From positions 13,780,233 through 13,844,232 of the forward strand of contig NC_087246.1 of the NCBI RefSeq assembly GCF_037042905.1: a stretch of DNA of 64,000 nt, given 5' to 3'. A model generated the notes under the pieces. It made no database searches. It worked only from the letters and a program-made list of their open reading frames with translations, and was not told the origin of the DNA. Within the stretch, counting starts at the first letter, position 1; each line of letters begins with the position of its first letter. A program made the position numbers and the translations under genes. The DNA comes from Lytechinus pictus. Lineage: Eukaryota. Shown one piece after another: positions 21,911-34,827 of the stretch.

Positions 21911-23678
21911 CGGGCCCCCTGTTGGCGGATGCCTGACCCACCCCTGATGCCACCCATTTCATTAAGAGTTACAAATATATTACCATGGTAACAGGGATCA
22001 GCAGCCAAACAAAAGCAAGGGTATAAGTTGTAGGTCTTCATCGGGGTCTTATAGTGCGGGAATTTGTGTCACTAATAGGAAAGGGGGAAAATTATGACTT
22101 TTCATACTCTACTAAAAGGTCCACACCCGAAAGTATATTTTATTACTTGCTGGCAAGATATAACTATAACCGAGGCTCGGTTGAGAAAGGATCATGATAA
22201 AGGGGAGTATCGTCATTAATAAGTGCGGAACTTCAAAATTGATTTCATACTAATTTAGAATTAGAGAGAAGGGGGAGAGGGGGCTCTCGTTTATGTTTAT
22301 AATATATATTTTATTTATTTATTCACTTATTTGAAGGAGAAAAAAATACTCACAATCCTAATGGCTCTATCCTCGTTTGTTCCCCTTTCTGTGGGTGTTT
22401 TTCGTTTTTGGGCGATCATCATCACCCGGGATCACTCCTGCCTTTCCCCGGCTTTGCGCCTGACTTTTCAGAGGGCCTAGAATAGCTCTAAGCTATTAGT
22501 TTTCCACCACGTTTGTCGAACTTACGAAAAAGGAACCAGAGTACCCCCCCCCCCCCCCCCCCCCCCCTCTTCCCTCTCGTTTACAGCAATCGACCGATGT
22601 CAATAAACTACGTCACACTCATTTTGTTATGCAAATTTCCCTTTAATTCACACAGGGCCAGGGGTTGGGAACCAATGCAAGCCCATTGATTGGTCGACGG
22701 TTGCACCATCGCTTGGAAAGCCAATTATGTCATGATCTATTTTGGGTTGCCATTGAGACGCGTGTGAATCCGGAAGCATTCACCGCCGTATTTTATTTTT
22801 TGCATGCATATTGCATACAGCACTTGCAATAGTCATCCATCGGGAGGGAACAGAGCCGAGTCGAGAGCCGAGCAAGGTGAGTATATAAGAACAAGTAAAT
22901 TGGTATTCAATCTTACTAGATCCAAAGATTGAGAATGGCTCATCTTTAGAAATATTCACAGACTATTTTAGTACTTCACAGTGGCAGTAGTAGTGGTGAA
23001 ATGGAGTGATGCTGCCCATTTTTGTCAGACTGAGCTGAGACTCGACTGAGGGAGAGGTGAGTTGATTGTGAGTGGACTGCACTGCTGGTGGTGCCCAGTA
23101 AAAGGGGGTGCTGGTCACTCCTAGTTAGCTAGTACCAATGAGGTCCAAACATTACATGTATGGACCTCATAGGCGACATCAGTAGTATTTTTGGTTAGAA
23201 ATCTCTGAGAACAGGATATTTCTATATTATATCACAAGTACAAGCTATATTCCTTTCTCTTATTTAAATTATAATTTTATAGTGTGAATGCATCGTTAGC
23301 AACAACAAAAAAATGAAAGAAATGAAGGGGAACTTACATTTTCACGGCTTTTTCCTGATTTTCTGGGCAGTTGCTCTTCACTTCTGACTCGCGATCGAAG
23401 CTGATATGAAGATCACGTGATTCGCGTTCTCGTCAGCTGATCGGTTGATTATTCTTTTTGTCAGACGTTAATAATATATATTTTATAATGCTAGCATTCA
23501 TCGCTAATTTAGGTGAAAGAGATTGAAGTTAAACAGCGCCAGGTCGGAATCATAATTATTTTGGAAGAGTCTATTTATACACTCGATCTCATACCTGACG
23601 TAGACGGCGCTATTCAACAAATGCACAATCTTCAATATAAAAAATAAAACAGAAAGAACGCCTTGAACACAGGCCAAA

Positions 23679-23836
23679 ATGCCTAACGATTTATCCGCGG
23701 CATTAACAACTATCGTAAAGGGCGCTCCATTTATTAATAAAGATGGACGTATAGCTGTCTATGGCGACAAAATTTGCCGCAAATATTTACGAAGAATTGT
23801 GAGAAATGGTCTGAAAATGCAACAAAAGAACCGGTG
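23679..23836 (+). other. Orphan 52-codon ORF (MPNDLSAALTTIVKGAPFINKDGRIAVYGDKICRKYLRRIVRNGLKMQQKNR). Kozak caaaATGc. It ends exactly at a consensus donor CCG|gtgagt. Possible 5' coding exon of an unassigned plus-strand gene.
   Basis: Seen in sequence only. Two further donor-like sites upstream (agcaag|gtgagt at about 22857 and gagag|gtgagt at about 23057) suggest leader exons. No downstream partner exon found. Confidence 0.2.
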
Positions 23837-23999
23837 AGTACCGATTTAATATTATCAATTTATTCAATAGAACATATTTCATGACTATAGTTTAACAATT
23901 TCTAGATAATATTGCTTAGTTCTAAGCTAGGGCGGCCCAAATGCGCGTGAGTGGAGTCCCAGTTTATTAACACGGGTAAGTATTGGGGTGTCGCCTAGA

Positions 24000-24240
24000 G
24001 TGGTGCTGGTGGTGCCCAGTAAGTCACTGTTTTTCCCCCTTTTAAGTTTATTTTTCCCGTTTTGGTGCATTTCAGGCCAGAATAGAATAATAATCTTTAT
24101 TTTGGACAAGTTCTTTTTACATATTGTTATGAAATAAAGACAAAAATCGATGAGCCCCGACGGGGGGATTTTGCATTGTTAACCCCCTAATGGTGGCTGC
24201 CCGATAGCAAGCCGTCTGTGTATGAGGAGAAAAAAAAAAA
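24000..24240. repeat. About 230-bp segment duplicated in direct orientation at 24857-25085, over 95% identical.
   Basis: gtaagtcactgtttttcccccttttaagtttatttttcccgttttggtgcatttcaggccagaatagaataataatc... is repeated almost verbatim. Confidence 0.8.
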
Positions 24241-24334
24241 AATGTTAGTATACTAATACTAACCTCGCAATACGTGTGAGTGGTGGTGATGGATGGTGTT
24301 TTGACTTGGAGTTGAGCAGAGCTTAGAGATCTGA

Positions 24335-24500
24335 TGACAGGGGCCGCGGAACGGTTTTCAAAGGTGGGGGGGGGGCTGACCATGTACAAAATCACAATCG
24401 TATGGTCATTTTTGTGTTTTTGTACACGGTTTTGGAAAAAAGTGGGGGGGCTGAAGCCCCCCAGCCCCCCCCGCTTCCGCGGCCCCTGGATGATGATGAT
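24335..24500. mobile_element. Copy 2 of the GCCGCGG-terminus MITE-like element.
   Basis: See the 19875-20050 entry. Lies between two 230-bp direct repeats. Confidence 0.5.
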
Positions 24501-24856
24501 TTTCATTTGGATGGGAGGGGGTGGGGGAGGCATGTTTCAGCTAAAATTCTTTGCAGACCCAATACAATCTATTCAAGTTTTATGATCTGTTGTCATTGAT
24601 AGAAAAAAGCTTCAGTCTCTGTACATAGTTCTTTTTTTTAGTTGGTCCGGTAATTTAATAAGCCTAAACTATGTTATACATCCTAGACCAAAAGCTTCGG
24701 TCTCTGTTATGTTGGTTGTTCCGCTGAACTCCGCAAGCTCCACTCACCAAATACAGAGACCGAAGTTCTAACTCGATCTGTACAGGGATTTAATGGCCAT
24801 ATGTTTCTGTATTAAGTTCGGATAAACCAGGAAGTGGGAGTTGCGCGACAGCCAAA

Positions 24857-25085
24857 GTAAGCCACTGTTTTTCCCCCTTTTAAGTTTATTTTTCCTGTTT
24901 TGGTGCATTTCAGGCCAGAATAGAATAATAATCTTTATTTTGGACAAGTTCTTTTTATATATTGTTATGAAATAAAGACAAAAATCGATGAGCCCCGACG
25001 GGGGGATTTTGCATTGTTGACCCCCTAATGGTGGCTGCCCGATAGCAAGCCGTCTGTGTATGAGGAGAAAAAAAAAATGTTTTAA
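24857..25085. repeat. Second copy of the about 230-bp direct repeat.
   Basis: See the 24000-24240 entry. Confidence 0.8.
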
Positions 25086-28000
25086 AAAATCCTAAAAACG
25101 GACGGCTGCCAGCTGTCTATGTTCATCCATGACATCGGGGTCTGGGGATGTTAGGTCAAAGGAAAATGCATTCAATGAACAAGATTATGATTATTGATAT
25201 AACCTTGTTCTCTTTTAGTACTCCATGTGTGGCAAAATAAGGTTGGCAATGTTTGGCTTATTTTTCTCTTTTTCATTGGAACAAATCATGCTTGATTGTT
25301 TGACTTTGACACTGAGATTCCATTACAGCTAATCATCATATAACTTGGCCCGTAAGTAAATTTGATTCTTTTAATTATTTTTTCTAAATTAAAAATAGAC
25401 ATTGAAAAATGAAAATTTCCATGCCATTATTACTTTACTCCAATAGAGGGTGTACACAGAAATATGCCCCAAATTCAAGTTTTTGAACGCTCTGGTGAAT
25501 ACAAAAATTATTCCCATGTTACTAAAGAAAAATAAATTGCAACTGTATGGAAATTAGTATTTTTGGTCACAAACATGTTATTTTAATGATTTTTTAAAGT
25601 GTGTGTTGCATACTGCAAAGTGGGAGAATGCCAGAAAAAAATGCGGTTATGAATTCCCGTCTAACGTTAATTAAGCTTTGGTCATGTTGGTATTTGATAA
25701 ACTATTTCAGTTTAAAACAATGGGCATAACAATGGTAGGCTAGGCACTGGCACTACTTGTAGATTTATGCTGCAGACACGTGCCCAAACAGTCAATACAT
25801 GAGCTGGCCCCAACTGTTCTTATATTTTGAGTGAACCATGTAGTGCGCAGAATTTGTTTTTCTTCAGTCTTAAAATGACTGCCCGAGCTTTTTTCCAAGA
25901 AAATCACTTATTTCTTTCAAATTTTATGATAAGGAAAGTGAATAAGACTGAAAAATATAGAAAATATGAGTAAAAAGAGAAAACTCATGAGCTAATCAGA
26001 GCGTGGGGTCCTATTTCAAGTGATTGAAATTAAAAGATTTGAATTAAATTTTGTTGATTTTCATTTTCCTTCCACTGTTATCCTAAATCGAGCTTATTTT
26101 CTTCGTTTGTAATTCTTAGTGTCACATGTATTCAAGTACTTAAAAAAGCTCTGCAGGTCATGCAGCGGCATGCACTACCAGTGTGAGTACCAGAGAACTT
26201 GAGTACAATCACATCCAAAGCATTCCAAGACGTACTGCCTGTATAGCTATATTCCCCAATTCTCAAGCATGGATTTTGCTGACAATTTCAAGATATAATA
26301 TTTGTTTGCAGCTTGAAAGTTTTAATATGATTCAAAATTTGTTATTCAAAATTATCAAATGAACTTGTAAAATAAAAATAAGTAGGGTCTAAATTACTGA
26401 GAAAGAACACCAAATATCCACAAGAGCTAAGTGTTAACCAATGGGTGAAAAAAGGTAACTTACTTTACTCCATATTACATGTAGGCTTACAGCAGATGGT
26501 ACTGTATGATAGTGAAGGCCTACATGTACATGTTTGGTGTACATAATGGCCCAATTACCTGTGATATCTTGCAGTGCTTACTATAGTGATCTAGACTCAT
26601 CCTTGTTTTGAAATTGGCATTGACAGGTGTGTGTTGCTAGTCATAGTCTCCTGGCATCTTCCCTGCAGGGCATGGATGTGTCACCAATCCTCTGCTAATC
26701 TCCATGTAGTACAGGTAGATCAAAACATGTATTGCACCACAATGCATCATGTGGGATGGTGCAATAAGAAGTTCTGATGCATAATTATGCAATGCAGAGA
26801 CAGAAGCTTTGTGTTTTTCTTGAAGAATCAATGTGTTCTGTGTTCATCTCCCTTACCTCGACCCCCCCCCCTTGCAGCTTCTCAACTGGATTTAAACATT
26901 GAATAACATTCCAGAATAGCTGTATGTCAACATGCATATCTTAAAGGATTTCATGTTTTGACAAATGTTGCATATCAGAGAGGTTTGTTTTGTTGCCTGC
27001 AAATAGCTACACACATGTTCACAAATGGATGTGTGGTGCATGTCTTCTATTTGGGTTTTATGGCGTCCATCCATGCCTCACATGCTCCGTTTAGTAGGAC
27101 AGATGAAAATTGTCAGATGTAAGGTGTTGCAATCAAAGACTTTGCTGTTTGCAGTACCAGTTGCTGTGTATTAGCATGATGCAAGATGGTGCAATCCCCC
27201 CCTCCACCCTATCTTTTATGATAGATGATATATGATGAAAGCATGGAGCTCATTCTCCCGCATGTTACAGTACAATACATGTACATGTGCATGTGGATTG
27301 TAATCCTGTATGCCAAAAGAAGAGATGCTGGCAGACCAAATCCTTTCACCAAAAGATTTCATAAACAGCAGTTTATAAATAAAGAAAAAAGAAATAGTCA
27401 TAACAGAGAGTGAAGCTTGTGAACACTACATGTACTTTCATGCTTTTTAATATGATGTACATTTACACTGATCGGGACACTGATTCATTTTACATAATTT
27501 CTGTAATTCATCTAGAATTAATAATGGATTTACCATTCTACACATGTACATTCATAATCGATTTTACAGGATAGGGCTCACATGAGTATCCATACCATAG
27601 TGTTTTATTTTGGTAAAAGGAGGTAAGTAAATATTAGTTTTTACCAAAATTTGAGATATTGATAATTATCCTGTTTCTTATACATATAGCATTCATGAAC
27701 TTTTTTTTTAGCCTAATGATATTGATCAGTTGAAACACATCCTATGTTTTCCAAGGGTGTTTTCATTAACATTAGAGCATTTTTGTATTCAAGATGTCAC
27801 TTTTGTGACTTGCATCTTTTTGCAATTATATTGCAGTGTAAATTACGAAGAGTAAATCCAGAGACTGCACAGGAAACCAGCCTCAAAAATTAGTTTAGGG
27901 AAGGAAGGAAATAGCCTTTGTTCCTATCAAGAAAACAGGATATTTTTTGTTAGTCCAAGTTTTCCAATTTTAGAAAAGAGGGTAGCTACATGTATTTCAA

Positions 28001-29214
28001 TGGGCGTTGTTAAGCAGTAAGTACTGGGGCTATGTGTGCCAGGCTTTTCATCAGAGTTTAAAGTGATTCAAATTGATAGGCAGAAGCTCATACATTTTGA
28101 GTCCATTGCTTTAGCGCTTGAGAAGTGAAGACCCTGTGAGCAGTTTCCTTGTGATCCTCATTTTAATTTTGTATTTTATTTTAATTCAGATTAATTTTGC
28201 CCTAGCTGGTCATTTGACTCTATTCACAATACTGTATCATTATAATGATAATTTGTAGTTATTTGGAAATAAAATACTTGTTTTAAAATACTCTTCAAAG
28301 TACTCTATAAAGAACTCTGTATTAAGTCTTTGCACGCTGGATTAAATTTTGGGCGATAATAATGACAATGATTTCCATGTTATTTTCTTTAATGATTTCC
28401 ATATTGCACCATTGATGCTTATTATTTATTAATATATCATGTTATCCAAGCACTTTTGCGTTTTTTAGCTTATCTGATTTGAAGGTGGGGCAACTAATTA
28501 TTAGGATTGTTGAATTTAATTGTACGAATGTGCAAGATTGCAACATCAGCACGCAAATGGTTAAAGCACTTCCTTGTACCCAAATTGTTTACACCCAAAT
28601 GTGCACTGATGTGTCAGTTGAAAACAAGACTGGCCAAAGGCCATAAACATTACAAAAGATAAATATTTGTATAGCTTTAACCTGGTTTTCTGTTTGCTCA
28701 AATTATTCATTGGTTAATATAAAATCTTGAAAAGTTTAATATGCCTCAGTTTATGTACATGTACATGTATACAGTATGTACATGAAGACATTTTGTACTG
28801 ACTTATTAATTCTATTTAAATTACCCATTAGAGGAGTGCCAAGTTATCCAATTTAATTTTGTTTTGAATGTACAACCGGCTGACATACATGTTAAAAAAT
28901 TTTGTCACTACAATATGATGCCACAAGCCAGTAAGTAAGTAAAGGCATATTGGTTTTGATAGAGTATTATGATACCAAATCTTGATGCCAGTGTTGGGTG
29001 AATTAAGGTAGTTTTGATTCTTGTCATCAGTTTATCTTTCAGTTTCATTGTAATTCAAGTTAGCTTGAAATGTATACCGTATGGGTACTAGTATTCAACC
29101 CGGCATAATTCAAAGATTTTGACATATTCCCCAAAATATTTAGAAATAGGGAATTTATCTTAATTTCATACCTTTGTTATTTCCAGGGTAATCTGTTGTC
29201 GATATTTTCTTTGT

Positions 29215-29560
29215 CAATCTGTCGACTGTATGCGCGGAGGATCGAATTATGCGGCGATGGCCTTTTGCACTGAATGGTACTAGTATTCAACCTAGTGAGG
29301 ATTGATAGCAAATCTCAAAAGGGTTTAGATTGCTAAATTAGATCTAGATCTATGTAAGTCTCTGGCTTTGATTAATTCCCTGTTTGGTCTCATCTCAAAT
29401 GGTCTAGTCCATAGTCGGATGGGACAAGGGCAGATTGAGAGACAGGGCCATCTTTCATCGCTAGGTTGAATACTAGTGCCGACGGGTTGAATACTAGTAC
29501 CAAAATCCGTCGCCGTATAATTCGATCGCCTGCGCACACAGTCAACTGGTTGAAGAAAAA
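29215..29560. mobile_element. MITE with about 40-bp TIRs (gtcgactgtatgcgcggaggatcgaattatgcggcgatgg ... ccgtcgccgtataattcgatcgcctgcgcacacagtcaac). Contains sub-terminal ggtactagtattcaacc repeats. Lies 0.4-0.7 kb upstream of the MVP ATG.
   Basis: TIRs read directly. Extra solo copies of the tactagtattcaacc motif at about 29085, about 29655 and inside the element. Confidence 0.65.
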
Positions 29561-29979
29561 AATAACGGAAAAAGAATAACCAGCATTTGCTCTTGGAAAT
29601 AAGACGGGTCTGAAATTCAGGTAAATTCTATATTTCTATATATTTGAGGAAACTCTCCAAACGGGTTGAATACTAGTGCCCTTACGGTAGATGGTGTCAA
29701 CTGCAGTAGACAAAAAACTTGCCACATTTAGAAAGAGTTGAAAAGAACATGACTATAATTGATACTCTGAAAATGATATATTATTTTTCATTTGAGTTGG
29801 TATATATGGTAATAATTGCATTTTCTACTATTTCTACAGTGTAGTTCATTTATGCACATGCCAAAGAAATAACCTCTTAGCATCTTTTCTCTTTTGCTTC
29901 CCAGATTCACACAGTATCCATCCAGTACTGCAAAGTTTCATTATCTTTTTTTTTGAGAGGAAGTAACCTTTGACAAGCC

Positions 29980-30128
29980 ATGGATCGTGCATCAAAGAGG
30001 GGGAGCAACCAGGAGGAGTCTATCTTCCGCATCCCCCCTTATTACTACATCCATGTCTTGGACCACAATGACAATGTCACCAAGGTCGTTGTGGGTCCTA
30101 AGACCTACATCCGCCAGGACCATGAAAG
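29980..30128 (+). CDS. MVP: MVP exon 1 ([49 protein letters not shown]-). ATG in Kozak context gccATGG.
   Basis: Aligns with human [45 protein letters not shown]. Donor AG|gtagga. Confidence 0.9.
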
Positions 30129-30468
30129 GTAGGATTGACTCTCCTGTGTCCTGTAAAATAGATAATAGAATCATAGAATCTTAATTTGTAACAATTTTAA
30201 GTCTATGGCAAACCCTGTATCACATGTACCTGACATGATACTTACATGTATGTATTATCTAGCTTATCATTTTATTGAAAATAATTTGCATTCCAGCAAG
30301 ATATTAGTAACAAACATACAAAGTAAATATTATTACTTTTGTATCATTCTTTTAGGAACGTTTTTACTAGAATTTCAAATGTTTAATTTTTGATTAAAAA
30401 ATAAATATTGGTTGGAGGCCTTCATTAAGCTATGATTTCTGAACTTCTCTCCCTCTCAATCTCTGTAG

Positions 30469-30664
30469 GGTCATCTTCGGTCCCGAGAAGATGATCACCA
30501 TCCCTCCTAGGCATTACTGTATTGTAGAGAACCCTGTGGTCAGGAATGATGCTGGTCAGGTTGTCTTTGATGGTCTTGGACAGGTCAAGCTATCCCATGC
30601 TGACCAGGAGATCAGGTTAGCCAGGGAACCATTCCCTCTCTACCCAGGAGAAGTATTGAAGCAG
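30469..30664 (+). CDS. MVP: MVP exon 2 ([66 protein letters not shown]).
   Basis: Near-identical to human [23 protein letters not shown]...[19 protein letters not shown]. Acceptor ctctgtag|, donor CAG|gtgaga. Confidence 0.93.
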
Positions 30665-31178
30665 GTGAGATTGGACTTATCTTTACTTTGCCTTGATTTT
30701 GTCTTTAATATTTCATTTGAGAATTGTTCATATATATCTTACCTGTTATTAAACTCAGTTCAGTCTGTTGTACCTTTGGCTCGATTGGACATTTAGTTGA
30801 TACAGTCATACACTTTTTAGTGTCAATTCTATCTATCCTTCCCTCATACATTATTGCTAAGTCAGCAGGTCACAGAAGTTGCATCCAAAATTTAAAATGG
30901 CCTATTTCTAGGTTATTCATCTCATATTTGGGGGATTTTTTTTTTCAATGATAATTTCTAAAAGTTACACTTTGTCCAATTCCCAGCTTAAAAATAACTT
31001 ACTTTGCGATGTCAAAGGGAATGCTATCCCATTGGTTATATAGTATTATTTTGGTCAGGTTTTTTTTTTAGCATCCCAAACTTCTTGAGATACAAAGCTT
31101 TGTTGCCCCAAATTCAAATTAAAATACTATCCATCCACTTTTATCTTAACTGGCTTACACTTCAATTTTTTCCATCAG

Positions 31179-31526
31179 GCTGTGACTGCCTTGAAGGTTG
31201 TCCAGGCCAACGCTGCCCTTAGGCTCCGAGCCATCCTTGACTTCGAGGAAGGTACCCAGAAGCGCGTCGCTGGCGACGAGTGGCTCTTCGAGGGACCCGG
31301 TACCTACATCCCCCGCAAGGAAGTGGTGGTGGACGAGACCATCAGGGCAACCATCATCAGACCTAACCAGGCTATCAAGCTTAGGGCTCGTAAGGAAACC
31401 AAAGATAGGGAAGGCAATACTAGGGTTACTGGTGAGGAGTGGCAGGTGAAGAAGGTTGGTGCCTACCTCCCTGGGGCATATGAGGAGGTGGTCGATACCG
31501 TCAATGCCTACGTGCTCACAGAAAAG
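31179..31526 (+). CDS. MVP: MVP exon 3 ([25 protein letters not shown]...[34 protein letters not shown]).
   Basis: Vault repeat domains. Motifs [20 protein letters not shown] and RVTGEEW are conserved with human MVP. Anchored on ORF 31182..31559. Confidence 0.93.
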
Positions 31527-32009
31527 GTATGCTACATGATTGTTTTCCTTCAAAATTAATTATCTTTTATGTGCTTTGACCCGTCAAAGCTATTTTTATA
31601 TGGAAAATAAGTTAAACAGTTAACAACAAGAAGTGTCAGTTTCTTACGTTAAAATGAATTTACAACTTGATATTGATTTTGTGACAAAATTTTTCTTCGT
31701 TTTTATTTACTCTTATAAATTAGACTTTGATTGGTGCTAAAGAATCAAATATTAAGAATTAGTTGGTTTATTTGAATTAAAGAATAAGGTAGCTTTTTAA
31801 ATAAAGCGGGATCTTTTGATGAGAATGTAAAATTTCATGTAAAAAAATGTTCTTTATATTCCTGATCAAGGGCTTGTAAATTCATGTAAAATATCCATCT
31901 TTTTTTCATTGAAAATTATATAAATTGAATCATTACATCATATCATATTATTACTGTAAACTTTGTTCGTTGAAATATAAATGATAATATAAACATTATA
32001 TTTTTACAG

Positions 32010-32135
32010 AATGCTCTTCACCTAAGAGCCACACGCACATTTGTAGATATGAAGAACCAGACAAGGAAGAATGGTGAGGAGTGGCTGATCACTATGGCTG
32101 ATACAGATGCACACATTCCAGATGTGTATGAGGAG
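32010..32135 (+). CDS. MVP: MVP exon 4 ([42 protein letters not shown]).
   Basis: Matches human [42 protein letters not shown]. Acceptor tttttacag|, donor GAG|gtaaga. Confidence 0.92.
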
Positions 32136-32624
32136 GTAAGAAACTACACCACTCTCCTTTACCTAGTAAGATATTCTTCAAGGACTTGCAGTGTATTCAT
32201 AAAGCACATAATTCCATAAGGAAAAGAAAAATTGTGTTAAAGTTTGGCTAAACATAGACAAGAAGACCAGAATTCTCAAAAGGACTTTGAAGTCATAGAC
32301 ACACACACTTAAATGCCAATAGAATATTATTCCGTAGGATTAGATTCTGTACCCATATACATGTACACTAAAAAATTGAGACCTTTTGAGTTTGACTATA
32401 GATCAAACCTCCTTTGCTGATTGTAGCCATAATGTTTGAATATAAATGAGCTGTTTAAAATAATAAGATGTTGCATTTGTTAAGCTTTTGTAAACCATTC
32501 ATATATTTTTACAACTGATTGAAAGTTTGATATGTATTCAAAACTAATTTGTTGAATTGTATTTTCAAATATCACTTTACAAAACACCCTGAATAATGAA
32601 TATTTTATGTTCTTGTTTCTGATA

Positions 32625-32735
32625 GGTTGTAAGAGTTGTAGACATCAACACATTGACCAATCGCCAGTACTGTGTCATCGTGGACCCTGTCGGGGCCGAT
32701 GGAAAACCACAGCTTGGACAGAAGAGATTAATCAA
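32625..32735 (+). CDS. MVP: MVP exon 5 ([37 protein letters not shown]).
   Basis: Matches human [37 protein letters not shown]. Confidence 0.92.
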
Positions 32736-33449
32736 GGTAAAGAGATCAAAAGAATTTCCCAGCAAGGTTTATTCTTGATTCATTCATTCATTTGTTATTT
32801 ATTAGTCCAAGTTAATCAGTCTGTTTTCTCATTTTATACACTCATTTGACACTATGTCATTAAAATAATTTATAAGAAGTGGGGGTTGTATTCATCTTAT
32901 ATACTGGAAAATTCTTTATTCATATCAGTAATGAAGAATATAGAACACATTTAATTCCACATATAATTCCATTATAGGCTTTACAATTGTCTAATTCCTT
33001 ACTAAATTGTACAGTGGAATCATATTATGAGTGGATCTGATACTTATACTCTTTTGAAATAACTATTTATCACTCTGATAGTACAGAGTTCTACTTTTGA
33101 TGATACAGAGTTCTCACTGGCAGCTTGAGATTTCACAACCTAGCTCATGCTGCAGAATCTTCCCTCCTTTAATACCATGCTCCCCTCATGATTCATGTTG
33201 TGAAGGCTGATTTCCCCAAATGAGAAGATTCTGCATCATGAATGAGGAATCTAAAGCTCCTTATGACAATAAAACATACCACACATCAGCTACCTGTATG
33301 TAGCTTGTTACAACACATCAATAGTAAATCTTTTTTTTTAAACGATAAAAAGGAAGTGTGAACACTTCACTATCGTTTTGTCACTGTATTCATTTTTGCA
33401 TTGTCGATAAATCATAGTTTCTCTCATTTTATCTATTAATTCTTGATAG

Positions 33450-33575
33450 GGTGAGGTGTCTTTCTTCCTTCAACCCGGTGAGACGCTTGAGCAAGGTATC
33501 CAGTCTGTATTCATCCTTGGTGAAGATGAAGGTCTTATTCTCAGAGCCCAGGAATCATTCAAGGATGCCAATGCT
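33450..33575 (+). CDS. MVP: MVP exon 6 ([42 protein letters not shown]).
   Basis: Matches human [33 protein letters not shown]. Consensus splice sites. Confidence 0.92.
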
Positions 33576-34227
33576 GTAAGTCACTTTGAAATTATCATCA
33601 AACGAAAAAAAATGGTTATAAATGAATATTCATCAAACTTTGCACCAGCAAGATGTAGATTTCACATGCATTATTCTTGCAACAGTTGGTGTTACAATAA
33701 AGAATTATGTTTACATGAGCTGAAAGGGTTATTTTATTTCCAAAATAAAAAATGTGAAACATCAGTTTTGCTCTCAAGTTCTTACTGTTTCACAGTGTAT
33801 TCCAAGTGCAAAATCTGGTGCATTTTCCTTGGTCAACATATTAAATGGAAGTCCATTCCATTCATATCATTATGTTTTGTCAAGCTTAGACAGTGTAGAG
33901 GTATTTTTTTAATTTCCCTGGTTTTTATAGCTTAATGACTACTTAGCTTGGATACTTAATTATCATCATCAATAGCATCAAAGGAAGACTTAAGGTTAAT
34001 GTCTGTATGAGTATATGTAGATTATGATGAAAAAATATATATATCTTCAGGGGGGTTGCAATATCTGGCCTTTAGTGCTTTATCCATCCATGTAATATGC
34101 TTATTCTTGATAGTGTTTGAAATTTGTTACTGGAAGCTGAGATATATTGTTATTTAGGTTATATTATGAGTAATAATTACCATCAATTTAGACTAAGTTA
34201 TGCTTCATGATTTTGTCTTTGTTTTAG

Positions 34228-34380
34228 AGTGGAGCAGTTCGTCAGCCAGGAGACAGATGGATGATCAGGGGACCTTGTGAGTATGTACCTCCTGTAGAGG
34301 TAGAGGTCGTCACCAGGCGTAAGGCTATTCCTCTCGATGAGAATGAAGGAGTCTACATCAGGGATACCAAGACTGGAAAG
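34228..34380 (+). CDS. MVP: MVP exon 7 ([51 protein letters not shown]).
   Basis: Matches human [45 protein letters not shown]. Confidence 0.93.
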
Positions 34381-34827
34381 GTACATGTTATTTCTTCTTT
34401 GCAAAACCTGTACATCAAGCTCAATTTACAATGCCTTTATGGCCATAAAAATAGTTTAATGATTGAGAAACGTTGGTCTGTTACCTCAGTTCAAGTTTTG
34501 ACTGATAACAAGATTTAAATAAAATAAGGAGAGCACGGACTTTAAAAATGTGTTAACAATCAGTTTATTCTATTTTTTAGCACTTTTCCTTCCTTCTCAA
34601 ATGTGAAATGAGTTTTCTGTGCAGAAATAATGCCTTCAGTATTTAGTCATTGCTACACAAGACTATCCTTGTAAAAATAGTAATTAATCAATTTTGAAGG
34701 AAAAGGTTTTAATTTCATACTGAATTAAATCGCCAAGCTCTGTCCATTATTTTCGGATCTTACGTCTAACCATCATTAACCAAAAGATAGATCTTTTAAC
34801 TCTGTTATAATGACTCTTCCCCTCCAG

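Noticed and set aside
24117-24599. ORFs 24117..24533, 24334..24585 and 24402..24599 (poly-P/G peptides)
   Set aside because: Generated by G/C homopolymer runs inside the GCCGCGG-terminus repeat. Artefactual.
31155-31553. Minus-strand ORF 31155..31553 and plus-strand ORF 31198..31449 overlapping MVP exon 3
   Set aside because: Antisense and off-frame shadows of the MVP coding exon. The MVP frame is validated by homology across 14 exons.
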